Origin: Tubulanus polymorphus
Lineage: Eukaryota; Animalia; Nemertea
Reading direction: 5' to 3'
DNA length: 64,000 nt
Assembly (NCBI RefSeq): GCF_964204645.1
Contig: NC_134028.1
Coordinates: 23,866,345-23,930,344 of the forward strand
In this document: positions 22,517-42,500 of the stretch, piece by piece
Position numbering within the stretch: the first letter of the stretch is position 1
Layout: each line of letters begins with the position of its first letter
Translations under genes and position numbers: made by a program
Notes under the pieces: model-generated
Seen by the model: only the letters and a program-made list of their open reading frames with translations
The model's database searches: none
Told to the model about the DNA's origin: nothing

Positions 22517-23059
22517 ACCTCACATAAAATTGCTACCGACTTTTATCAAAAAGTGTACAACAAGGCCAGAGTGAAATTCGTATGAGCCCTGAGTTGTTTC
22601 TATCAAGCAATTCTCAGTGTACAACTTACTTCTAGTTGACTCGTAACACGCTGTAGAAAAGTCAGCTTCAAACCGTATAAAGATTTATCTATTAAATGTA
22701 GCGAATACAAAACTAATGCCGGCTGTTTAAGTATGCTGTCCTCACCCCTCAGACAATCTATCACCATCCTTACATAAACCGATCGTTCAGCCATCGCCTC
22801 GACCTCGGGCATTTTTATTTGAAAATGAACCACAATCTTTGCCCGAGCCCACAGACATACGATATCATCAGCACGAATGGAATAATATCAGATCGTCCAG
22901 ACCAACACGAGGTGTTTGTGTAAGGAGAATGCAGGGTACGGACACGTAGATAACCGCATGAAACACAATAGAGACAGTAATGAGTGGTTTCAAAGTTAAA
23001 AGTACTGTTTTCACATAGATATCACTCACATAAACTATAGGCTCTTGTCTCCAGATACA

Positions 23060-23227
23060 GGGAACCACACGGGGGGTTACATGATACAACAGGGGACCAC
23101 CGGCGCGGGGGTTACATGATACAACAAGGGACCACCGGGGCTGGGGATACATGATAAAAGGGGGTACCACCGGGGCGGGATACATGATGAAATGGGTAAC
23201 CATGGGGGCGGGGATACATGATAAAAC
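23060..23227. repeat. Degenerate G-rich minisatellite, about 5 copies of about 32 bp (ggggaccaccggggcggggatacatgata)
   Basis: Recurring tacatgat anchor with G-runs. Confidence 0.85.
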
Positions 23228-25832
23228 TGAGGTAAGTACTATCATTCATCGCTGCATAATGTGGAATACATAGCTGTCAATCTCGGTTTTACGTAAAATA
23301 AATTCGGCAAATAATCACAAGCAGGCACCGAAAACAGAGCGAAATATCATTCATATATCTGTCCGTTATTCCTTCGGTCGAAGAAACGTAGCGATTCATT
23401 TTGCATAATATTCAACATACAACAACATTTTTTCACTAGTGCCTAATAATAATAATAATAATAATAATAATACAATAATATATAACATTTCCAACATTTA
23501 CAGAATTTAACAGTTTTCAGTCAGTGATTTTGAAAAATTCGAAACGATTATTCTCAAACTGGAAAAAGTAAATTTATACAACAGACAATCGTCGAATGAA
23601 TAAATTCATGTTTCTCTCAAAATTGTTTACACCATTTTAAAAGAACGAAACAAAAATTCATGCGGTTTTATAAAGACCGTGGTTCAGGAGGAATCAACCG
23701 GAGTTGATTTTCTACCGCATTTTTTTCCGGTTTCACACTATTTTTTGGTCGTTCTAGAATTTGAGGAGTATTCAAGGAGAAAATGTCAAAATATGAAGTC
23801 GTTTACGAATGCCACTATCAAGCATTCTATAAGTCGGAGTCTATGGGTACTCTGCTAACTATGCCACGAACCATTGTCGCAGACAGAAGTACATTGAATT
23901 TCCGTTAAGACTTTCACCCAAAATTTCAGGAGTTTCAAAGAGTTTAGATCAATATCCCAAAATTAGAAGAGATTCAAGATCCTCGCAAATAATCAGAGGA
24001 GTCACCTAGGGTGAGATCGAAATGTTGTGGCTTTGAATATATTCTTTGATTCATCGGTTTTTAATACTTTTAATCTGTAAATAGTGGGTCTCTATTATAT
24101 TGTCCTCTACCGATCAGAGGAGTTTTCAAGGAATTGAGGAGTACATGTAGTATGGACCGTGACTATCAAGCCTGTACCTCATAAGTGTCTTGGAAACGAG
24201 TTGGACAGTTGTACCTTTAAAACCCAAGAAATGTCCAACAGCTATGTTGCTAGATTCTAGAGCAGTTACACTGGTCTTCGAATAACCTATAAAACCGGCT
24301 GTAGTTTTCATCCCCGCTGAATCATTTCGAATTTAAATATACACATTTCTTAAAAGTGAAAAAGCTCAACACATAATAACAACATTTACACGTAAATATG
24401 AGATGAAAAATGTACACAGAGAATAATGAATAAAATGAACACGCGTTCTCGACTGCCGAACAACTGAAACCAAACCGGGAATTCGTGCGAAATTACGAAC
24501 CCTCATCGAGTCGTCACCAACTCAACGACGAAAACATTAAATAATAAATACACAATTAAATACAACTAATTGCCGCAGAGTGACGACCGCGATCAAAAAT
24601 CCATTCATTATGATATAAACCTCGTTTTCTAACGAGTAAAGGGATCATCAGGTGAAACAGTCCCTATAGATCGATCGACTATTCCTGAATGTAAGGAGTT
24701 TCGGGGAAAATTTGTCCACATCACTTTCATATATTCCAATCAATGTAGGGTTTATTTTGGTAAACCGTTAATTCGGTGGTTTTATAAGTAAATTCTTGTC
24801 CTTTACACTATACCTTTTGAGTTTCTTATTTGTTAAACCACCTAATTGGGTAAAGAAGAAATCCTGGTCCCACTGTACCAATTTAGGTGTAAACTACTGT
24901 ACACCTTCAAACGTTTCTTATATTGCCTATTTCTCAAAATTGAAGGAGTTTCGGGTGTTTTGCTCGAATTAAAGAAGTTTCAAGCACCTGTTTTTCACCT
25001 GAAGAGACGATATGATCCCGAAAACGTCCGTGTCAATCAACTGATTTTTACTCATTAGAATCATATCGTATCTTATTTCATGGATATTCGGTCACCTGTA
25101 CTCTCTACCTACGTTTTACATGCAGTAGATCATTATAAACACCTCATAGTCGCTGAATTCGATGGAAAATACACGCGATAAACGCTTCACACAAGATCTA
25201 TATCTCAAACAAGCTTTACAAACGAACGAACAACACGTGCTGGAATACTGTGCGAGGTTTCAATGATATAATTATAAATAAGCAGCTTATCTCGTTTAAA
25301 CTTGTTCGTTTATCACATTTGTTGTTGTTGTTGTTTCTCAATCAACGACTATCAAAACATTGAGCTTGATATATGTAGATGTATAACACTGGCCCCTTAT
25401 TATTGTTATTAGTTAAAACCTGATGTTAGTGTTTTTCCCTGACTGTTTCATCGACTGTTCTTATGACAATGTTCAGCCGATGCATTTGGTTATTATTATC
25501 ATTATCATTTATTATTGGTAGTTGCGTAAGAATTGCTGCCCGAAGAAATGTCGCGCTAAAAAATCTATATATATAACGCCGAGTGTCTTTATTTTTGTAA
25601 GTCTCGATATCGTAATCCCTGAAGCTCGATAAATAAGTCGACGCGGTGACCGCCACTTCATGTGCGAAAAAAAACTGAACTTTCATTCCGTGTTGACCTC
25701 ATCTAAAGCGGTGACCTTGACAGTGACTTCAACATCAAACGTCTAGCCCCACCCGACGTCGTCCGTTTAGCTTCGCTCAATAGACGTACGTCTGCTTTAC
25801 AGCTTCACCCTTTCCGCTAATTTCACTTCACT

Positions 25833-33246
<7,414 letters not shown>

Positions 33247-33571
33247 TTCGTAAATTCCTAGAATTCGCGGGACAAAGCGAAAACCGGAACACCGCAAATT
33301 GCCCGAAACCACCAACGACCGTCCCGTGCTGCCATCTCACGTCAAACCGGGTCACCATCTTGTGCTGCCGTCTCGCGTGTATCATGAAAATTAACCTGGG
33401 GGAAAAAGGGGTAGCTCCGAGAATACCATAATTCGCCTTTGACCACCGTCCTGTGCTGCCCTCTCACGTCGCTTAGAGACACTAACCCGGAAGCGAAATG
33501 ATTTGACAAGTTACAACGAACGACAGAATAATTTAGAAGCAATTGATGAGATTTTTCACTGGAAATTGACG
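33247..33571. promoter_or_regulatory. Bidirectional promoter region shared by SUZ12 and CLEC16A
   Basis: Divergent ATGs are only 325 bp apart. The region is GC-richer, with an ETS-type CCGGAAG at about 33487 and three copies of a 26-bp motif. Confidence 0.8.
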
Positions 33572-36500
33572 ATGTTTTCACGATCAAAAACGTGGCTTCC
33601 TGGTGGGATATGGAGGCCAAAAAATCCACATTCTCTCGAACATCTGAAGTGAGTATATGTCGATAGAATCGTTGAAAGAGAGTGGATTTTAAAAGATTGG
33701 GAGGGTGGTGGTGTGACGTGAGGAAGGGATATGGTGAATACCACCGCAGCATACGTTATTTAAACAGGGGCCTATGTGAAGAATTTCATATACCTTTAGT
33801 TTAGTTGCTAGGCCTATGTATTAAAAATGTACTACGCCTACGGGATGGGCTTGTCATAAAGTGAATGGATGAAATTGAAACTTCTTCAGATTATACAGGG
33901 AAATTGGGGTTGGGCATTGGTACTAGTTTTATCCATTCACTATCAATCGTGACGAGACTTGTGGTAAAAATATGGGGGTGAAAACTTTGCGTCCGGTCCT
34001 TACACGGCAAGGTCACTAATATAGTGGACACACTTATTGATTTCTGTATTTCAGATATTTATACAGTTTTTTCTGTATATCAGATATTTATAAAGTCAGT
34101 TTTTTCTGTATTTCAGATATTTATACACAGTATTGTGTAAGAATCAAACAGTTACCGATACAAATCGTAATCTACTCGTCGAAACTTTACGCGCCATTTC
34201 CGAAATTCTAATTTGGGGCGATCAAAATGATAGTTCAGTATTTGAGTAAGTATCAGTGAGAAGAAAGAGGAAGAGAGAGTTCATCTCGTACTCAAGTCAA
34301 ATCAACTTTTCAAGTCTTAATATACCTCGACTATGCTTGGACTGTTAAGATTTCTCGACATTTCATATTGCATCTTGCTGATAGATAGAAAATAGAGCGT
34401 AAAACCTTTTAGCAGAAAAATTGTTTTTTCACAGAAAGCAAAAATATATTCTATAGCCTGTATATCGGAAGAGTTATTTTTTGCGCCGATGTCAAACAGG
34501 AATCATAGCTTTCATTCAAAAACTAAATAGGAAAAATAGGTTATTCAAGTAGGTGAGGTGAACAGCCTGTCAAAATGCAGGGATAAGTTGTCCACAGGGT
34601 ACGAGTTGACCTGCGACCGAAAGAGAGGTTGGTCGGGTCGTTTGACTAATTTTCTGAAAATTATTATTCAATAGTTTTTTCTTGGAGAAGAACATGCTGT
34701 CGTTTTTTATCAAGTACCTGCGTCAGAAATCCGGTCGATTCATCTGCGTTCAATTGTTACAAACGTTGAATATCCTATTCGAAAATATCAGCAACGAAAC
34801 GTCCGTCTGTAAGTAAACTGTCAATTTAAACATGTCGATCGGTTGACTCCGCCCTTTGTTCAGGGTGGAAATCAGGGGGAAATCAGCAAAATTTCTTTTC
34901 TTTAAAAAGTTGGGTAATGTTGAGGAATTCTGTAAAAAAAGCCAAAAGTCAGGCAACTTTGTTGAGATTGCGTGTAAAATCAAACAGTTTCCGTCTATGT
35001 CTTACGTATTTGACTGTGTTAATTGATTGGATTCTTAGCTCACTATGTCAGGGAAATCAACGTACATGTCGGGGAAAAGTGAAATAAAAGTGGCCACCGT
35101 GTTGTTTTTCATGATTTGCCTAAATATAATGATTTTATTACGATACTTTTAGATTATTTGCTGTCGAACAATCACATAAACGCTATAATCGTGCATAAGT
35201 TTGATTTCTCGGATGAAGAGGTGAGCGTAAAGACTGAATTTGAGAGAATCAATCGTTTTCTGTTCCTGGATTCTGATTCAGTTGTTGTTTCTGTTTTCAG
35301 GTGATGGCTTACTACATTTCGTTTTTGAAAACTTTGTCGCTGAAGTTAAACAAACACACAATTCATTTCTTCTATAACGAGGTAATTATGATAAAATTGA
35401 TACAGAATTATTTTGTTGCTGGTACCCTGCATCCCATCAGTCCGGTCCCTGAAATCTCTCAGCCTGGACCATGCATCCCTTGTCATTTGATACTTAATCA
35501 CAATTATTTATCCACACTTCACATACATTCGGAACACAAAATATTAGACATTTTATCAGCACACGTTCAAAAACTGATCGTCCACATTTCACTTGTGTTG
35601 AGAACTTCACCTGAGACATTTTCAATTGAAAGTGAACTACAAACACCAGACATTTCAGCTCACTTTCTAAAAGTGATAGTCTGAAAGGGATGGTTCCAAA
35701 ATGTATATCGATACCTGCATTAACTCTTATTGTTGATTTGTGTTTTATATTTTCAGCACACGAATGACTTCGCTCTGTACACGGAAGCGATTAAGTTTTT
35801 CAACCATTCAGAAAGTATGGTTCGTATTGCCGTTCGCACAATCACTCTGAACGTCTATAAGGGTAAGTAGATTAACAGAAATCACATACGAGAGGGCTTT
35901 CTAATATATAAACACTACATCATAGAAACTCCATATTTTAAACATAATATGATATAATAATCATCTGAATATATATGTATATATTTAAGTTCTCCCCTCG
36001 GCTTTCTCCTCAAATTTGGAATAAGGGAAGTTGCTCTTATTTATTTTGTCAATAAAAATCGACCAGTCCTTATATATGATTATAATACCTAGATTTGATG
36101 ATACCAGTGGAAAATTCATTTTTAAGACAAATAGAATATTTTCACGGTCTAAGCATGTTTCCTATGAATATTTAATCACCACAGTTTTAGTTTATTTCCC
36201 TATTTAAGGTTTCAATCAAATCCGTATTTGTTTGGTATTTGCTTCTGTCAAGAATTTGTTGTTATCTTCGGTATTTATTATTTACCGTTATATGAATTGA
36301 TTTGTTTCAATATTTCACTTTTACCTCGACTCTACAGAAAGTCTGTTGCATTACAATCGAAGCAAAGGTAACTAGAAAAAAACTTGATGGTATTTCGTGG
36401 ACACCACGTATGATGAAGAAGGGTCCATGAAGACTGGCTCTTGACTTCTATACAAATCTTCTTTCATTACAACCCTAAAATTCCACTCCTTTTTCTGATG

Positions 36501-39500
36501 CAAATTTGGGGTTTTTCTATTTTCGAAATTCGTTATTCTTTAATTCTTAAATTTGCAAATTTCTACTAAAAAGAATGTTTCTTTTCGCATTCAATTCATT
36601 TCTTTGTTTGGATTTGTTTTTAGAGGCATTCGGTTCTTTTTTTAAAATTTTTTCTGAGCAGATTTTTGATTTTGTGAAGAAAAAGAATCGATGATATTTT
36701 CGTCGAGTTGTCAGTACTGTGACGTGCTACTATAAACCTGTCTGAAGTCGGTGGTAAAGAACTGGCCAATACCTAATATTCTTGATATATTGCACGCCCC
36801 CTTTCCCCGAAGTCCAATGTATGCAGATGTTTTGTCTCAAGTTATAAACTATATGATCCCACCAATGAATAAAACACAGTGATATGTACAATGTTGAATG
36901 TTGTATGGTTTTTCTGTAATTTATCCTGTTGTATAGCAGTTTATTTGAAAAATTGTACACGATCCCAAATTGTTTCGGTTTACCCTTGTAAGAAATTCAT
37001 ATCGACAGGATCCCTACGACTCCTTGATTCCTTACAAACTTCTTCTAAACAGAAAGTGCTTTTAAAAACTCCTTGCCAAATCGGTACAGTTGGAAGCAGG
37101 ATTCTTTTTACCTAATTAGGCAGTTACCGAATTAGAAACTGAGTTTAGCTAAATTAATGATATATGGTATATGAAATTTTCTCCAGATGCTTGACTGATT
37201 TTATCAGATGCTTAACTTCCTCAAAATTTGAAATTTTCTGTCTAAGAATTCTTAGAAAACTCCTTATATCCAGGAATGACTGATTTGTAGGGACTCTAAT
37301 CTTTCATGTTTTCGAGACCATAACTTATCAGGGTGATAGGAGACCCAGCCCTGGCCGTGCCCGCTATTGTTTTCATCATCCAAATCCTCGAAACTATAGC
37401 GCGTTGCTAGGTTACCGATTGTTAATTGATTGCGTATGATCTGCTATAGTGTTGGAGAATGCTAGTTGCCTGGATACCAGTATTGACGTTGTTCTCGGGC
37501 AGCCGGACTCACGTAAGACACAAAACAATATCAACATCCTCCTCTATTTTTCGCTTGCTATTTCTTCAACACACTCATCTTTATATACTACATGTTTGAT
37601 CATCTGAATTCAATTAATCATCGACGAAATTGCGCAATGATTTTTAAATAACGTAACCTTCCGATCCTACCGTGAATTAACCAGCAGTTAACAGAGCTGT
37701 AGAACTAACGTCTTGACTTGAGCAAACATTGCAAAAACACCCTGAAATCAAACTAGATTTTTCAAAAAACGTAACGCTTCCATTTTCATCAAATTTATCG
37801 GCTTTGTATCGACGATCTCTAAGATAACTGCTGGTTAAAGCTTAGCTAACCACAACCGGCCTAAGCAACCAGTGTTTTCGTATAGCCTATGTATGTACAT
37901 TATATCGGAAGACTCGACTCATGAGGTCATCGGTAACGTTGGAAACATTCGAAGGTCTCGGCAAATTTGGCTTGAAAATCTTATTGATTGTCTTGAATTT
38001 GACCCTATTTTGGTCAAGTGATATTTGCTTAAAGTGCTGGGGGGCCAGTTGCTCAAAAGTTGGTTAAAGATAACCGGTCGTTAAATACCATAGTAACAAT
38101 GAAATTTCAATTGTCACCATATCAACTATCTACTGGATGATCTTCCGCTGGTTCTTTTCATGACATCATGTGCGAGTCCTCGACGCGTCGATGTGTTTCA
38201 TAGATATAATGAAAATATGAATTGTCAATTTTCAGTGTAAATTGTGGAATTAATTAATTAGAGTAGCGATTACTAATGAAACTATGTAATGAATATAGAA
38301 ACTGTTTAACTGTAGTAACACAGACTGATTACCGAGCGTTCTAACGAAAATAACTCGCTATCAGAAAACTTGGATTTACAATATCAAATAAAACCCTGCT
38401 ATATACAAATTTACAAGATAGAAATTATTGAGAATGAATCTTGTTTTCAATCTTATCATTTTGTATATAGTGTGTTTATTTTCACAAACGCTCATATGAC
38501 ATGTAATATACATGTGATTTCATCATACACCGGAGTATTGCAATGTGGAGACAGGACGAACGCAGCATGCGGCACCAGATTTCGGTGGTACCAGTGCTCA
38601 ATTCGGTGCTTGGTTATTTTCACTCAATCGTAAAAACTCGCGTCACTTACTAAAATTTCATAAATTGTGTATCAGCCTGTATCGATTAATAGAATTTAAC
38701 TGTTTCGATGGAAATCGATCGTGAACTGATGATTTTAAACGGGCGAAAGAAGAGAATATTTTGTAAGACAGCACTATCATTTTCTAGCTACCATGCAACT
38801 GTTATCTATGAATGTACACCCATGAAATTTATATATTTTTGGAATGGCTTCGGTGGCAGTGTGTGTAATATCATATCGAGTAATTCTGTATGTTTCATTC
38901 CTCATGTGACATCATGTTGAGATTATTATGGTAGTTTTTGTTTCCAGAGATGTGTATTTATGGAGGCGGCCATGTATTCCGGAAGTGTTTATTAGTGTTG
39001 ACTAACTCGGTGTGCAGTTATTAATTTGTATGAAAAAATTAAGGAAAAAAGACTTTAAATGCAATATCAGAAATCCTGATAGACTAGAACCCAGTTACGC
39101 AGTTGAATTTGAGTTTAATATCGATCAATTTCTGTGTGTTTGATTCTATCAGGCGTTAGATTGATGTGAAAAATAATGAAAAATACACGTCTGTAACTCA
39201 TCCGATAATAGATTTTGATCCCTTTTCATACCATATACCGTGGAGCTCAGATGCACATTGATGTGTTGGAGTTCAAAAAAAAAGATTTTCAATTCAGATT
39301 CATGTGATCAGTAACTGCTTTATGTTATCGTACCTTGAAAATATTAAAAATCTGGAAAAATTATTTATGAAAATGATAAAGATTCTGATAGCCTATTTAG
39401 GTTGTGAAAAAATGTGAAAAAATTCCAATCAATCAGATTCCTGCTCTACTTTCATTGACAACTATTGGAACTGGATTCTGTAAATGTTTTATACGGAGTT

Positions 39501-42500
39501 GTTCTCGATGTTGATTAATTAATTTTCGTTTGAACGTTTCATGTTTTTCAGTCGATGACAAATCGATGTTACGATATATACGCGATCGAACGGCCGCCCC
39601 GTATTTCTCAAATCTCGTCTGGTTTATCGGTAATCATATCATTGAACTGGACGCGTGCGTTCGAAACGACGCCGAGTAAGTATTAGTTTATGGTGGCTGC
39701 CGTTTCTGCACTCGCGGAACTGGATCCTTCCATAACTGTAGCACACTTGACTACGACTATGATTTGAGAGTAGTTTGGGATCATTCATTTATTACGTACG
39801 CATTCGGCGAGGGGGGAGGGGTAAGTGCAATTGCGTACTGTAATGCTTGATGTATATGAAAAAATGGCCGATTTTGCGTACAGGGAGGAGGGGGAGTTGA
39901 AGAAGTCAAATTTCATGCGTACGTAATAAATGAATGATCCCTTTCTAGCTCAACTTCTCTCAAAATGTCAAAAATACTTTCGAAATCCGAATTATTTCTA
40001 GTTCATTTTCAATTAAATCACTATTTTGATGTCAAACTACTCACATTTTTTGGTAAAAACTACTACAATTAGAGATATTCAGGTTTTCTGGTCTGTTGTA
40101 TACAGCTAGCTCCAGAACTACGAACCTTCGTAAATAGTTGAGACTATTTCCATGAATATCATTGAGAGAAAACGGGTGGAACGATTCCACCCGAAACCTG
40201 AAAAGAAGAAAACAAATTACAGTTGCTCGAATTGATATTGTGGGTTTCTCTCAATGATGCTGCGAACCTTGGTCCAGATCTGTAGAATTTGGCCTCTTAG
40301 GTTAAACTGACTGTCTAGTGAATGATTGTTTGTTTGTTTATTGTAGTCATCAGAGTCGCGATCGTCTGGCCGATCTAGTCGCCGAACACCTCGATCATCT
40401 TCACTATTTAAACGATATTCTATGTTTGAATATCGATTGTTTGAATGACGTTTTAACCGATCATCTGTTGAATCGACTTCTCATTCCTTTATACGTTTAT
40501 TCGTTAACGAAGCGTAGGAAACACAGATCGGTCGTCATTGTTGTAAGTATGAAATTTCGACATTGATGATGAAACGTTTCGTCGTAACACAGGGTGGCGC
40601 TTCTGAAACTGGAACACTCGGGGAATTAGAAAAATTCGATTTAAAAAAAATCAGGGAATTTGACCGATTTTGGAAAACCTGGGAAACTCGGGGAATTTGG
40701 ATAATGCTATTGACCACATTTATCAGTATGTGATTCACTGAAAAATGAATGAATTGTAACATTTTAAACCTAGAAATTTCTCTGATTCACTCAGGGAATT
40801 TTGTGTAATCACATGGAAAAATCAGGGGAAGCTGTAAATTTGATTGTAAATGGGCGGAAAGTGGCCACACTGAATGATCATATAGAATCCCAGACTCGAA
40901 AAGAAAAAAGTCAGTGTTCCTGAAGGTGACTAATAGGATAAAGTCGAAAATAAATCATTACCGAAACTCAAGGAAACCTTTTCCTCTTTCTTTCCGAGTG
41001 TGGGATTTCTATATCATTCCCCGTGTGTAAGATTAATCTCTGAAACCATTTTGCTCGATTAATGAATTCGAATGTGACTGTATTTCAGGATTCCCGTCCG
41101 CACGTCAGTTCTGTTGTTTCGCTGTTTCTTCTGTCTCAAGTATTCCTCATACTGTCGCACGCGCCGCTCGTCAGGCAATTAGCCGATATTATATTCCACG
41201 GAGACATCAGCGTCACATCCGAGGAACCGCATTTACAACAGGTAAACAACTCGTTCACGACTTAGTTCCGGCCACGAGTTTGAGTTAGTCTAAAATAAGA
41301 ATAGGACACAAAGTAAATATCAGATATACCTGGTAGTCGCCTAAATTTGTCTCAATTAATTCCAAACGATAACCGTTGATGAAATGGTCTGTCCATGTTG
41401 TAATGAGCAATGTAGGAGCAAATTCCTCGATGCAAAAGGAAAACCGAGTCTGAAATTTTTCCTTAGTGCTTTTAGTTTATTTGATGTTTCTACTATATGC
41501 TAGTAGTCATCTTAAGGAATACTAATGTTATATAACGAAATAATTAGGTACATATAAGTGTACAATTCAGAACGAAATGACTACGACCAACATGATGCAA
41601 ATTATAGGTAAATACAACATAAAAACATTGACAAACTAAACAAACTGAAATACTTTTGGCGTTATATTTTGACCGATTTAATTCCTTTGAAAATGAACTA
41701 CTGTACATGTAATTTATATATAGAACTCAATCAGTGTAGTCGCTAAAATGCCAACATATCGGTCCAGCAGTGAGGCGCTATTCTTGTGGTTTTCACTTGT
41801 GTTTGTTTTGACTATTTCTCAGGGCCAGTGGAGCGGAGTACGTGGGTTCATCGCGCCTGATGAACCGCTCGCAATGCTGTTAGAACGAACAAGTCAAGAG
41901 CCGCGACCTCAGATCATGCCGCGTGGTCTCGAAGGATCCACGGCGAGTCTTTACACTGAAGTTTCAGGGCAACCGATCTCCGACCAGGCAACAGGTACCT
42001 GTATACAATAACAGGCAGATGCTATCTTTCTATAGTTACTCCTACAGGCTGGCCACTGACCAGGGAATCAGAATAATCTAGAAAAAATCAGGGAAAATTT
42101 GGATATGTAATTGACCTCACGTTTCTTTATCTCTTTATGATTCATAAAGAATTAATAAATATTAACATTTTGAATCTAGAAAATCCTCAGATTTTCTCAG
42201 GGAATTTTGTGTTATATAACATGGAAAAATCAAGGAATTAATAAATTGGTGGAAAGTTCCCGCCCTGTCCTATGACTATGGTATTTCTAAATTGTTTTAC
42301 CATATTTCATTCTGTTATAGCTGTTGCTACTACTGCCGCTGCTGCTGCTGATGATGATGAAAGTTCAGTGAATATAACGGATGAAGAAAAACTACAAGCT
42401 TCAAACAAACAACCGCCTACAGAACAAGAGTTTACACTTACTAACAGGTAATATTATAGAATTAACAGCTATATGTGATGAAAGCTGTTGAATTCAGTTT

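Noticed and set aside
22056-23245. ORFs 22056-22472, 22231-22518 and 22868-23245 as genes
   Set aside because: Their periodic peptides are translations of the minisatellites.
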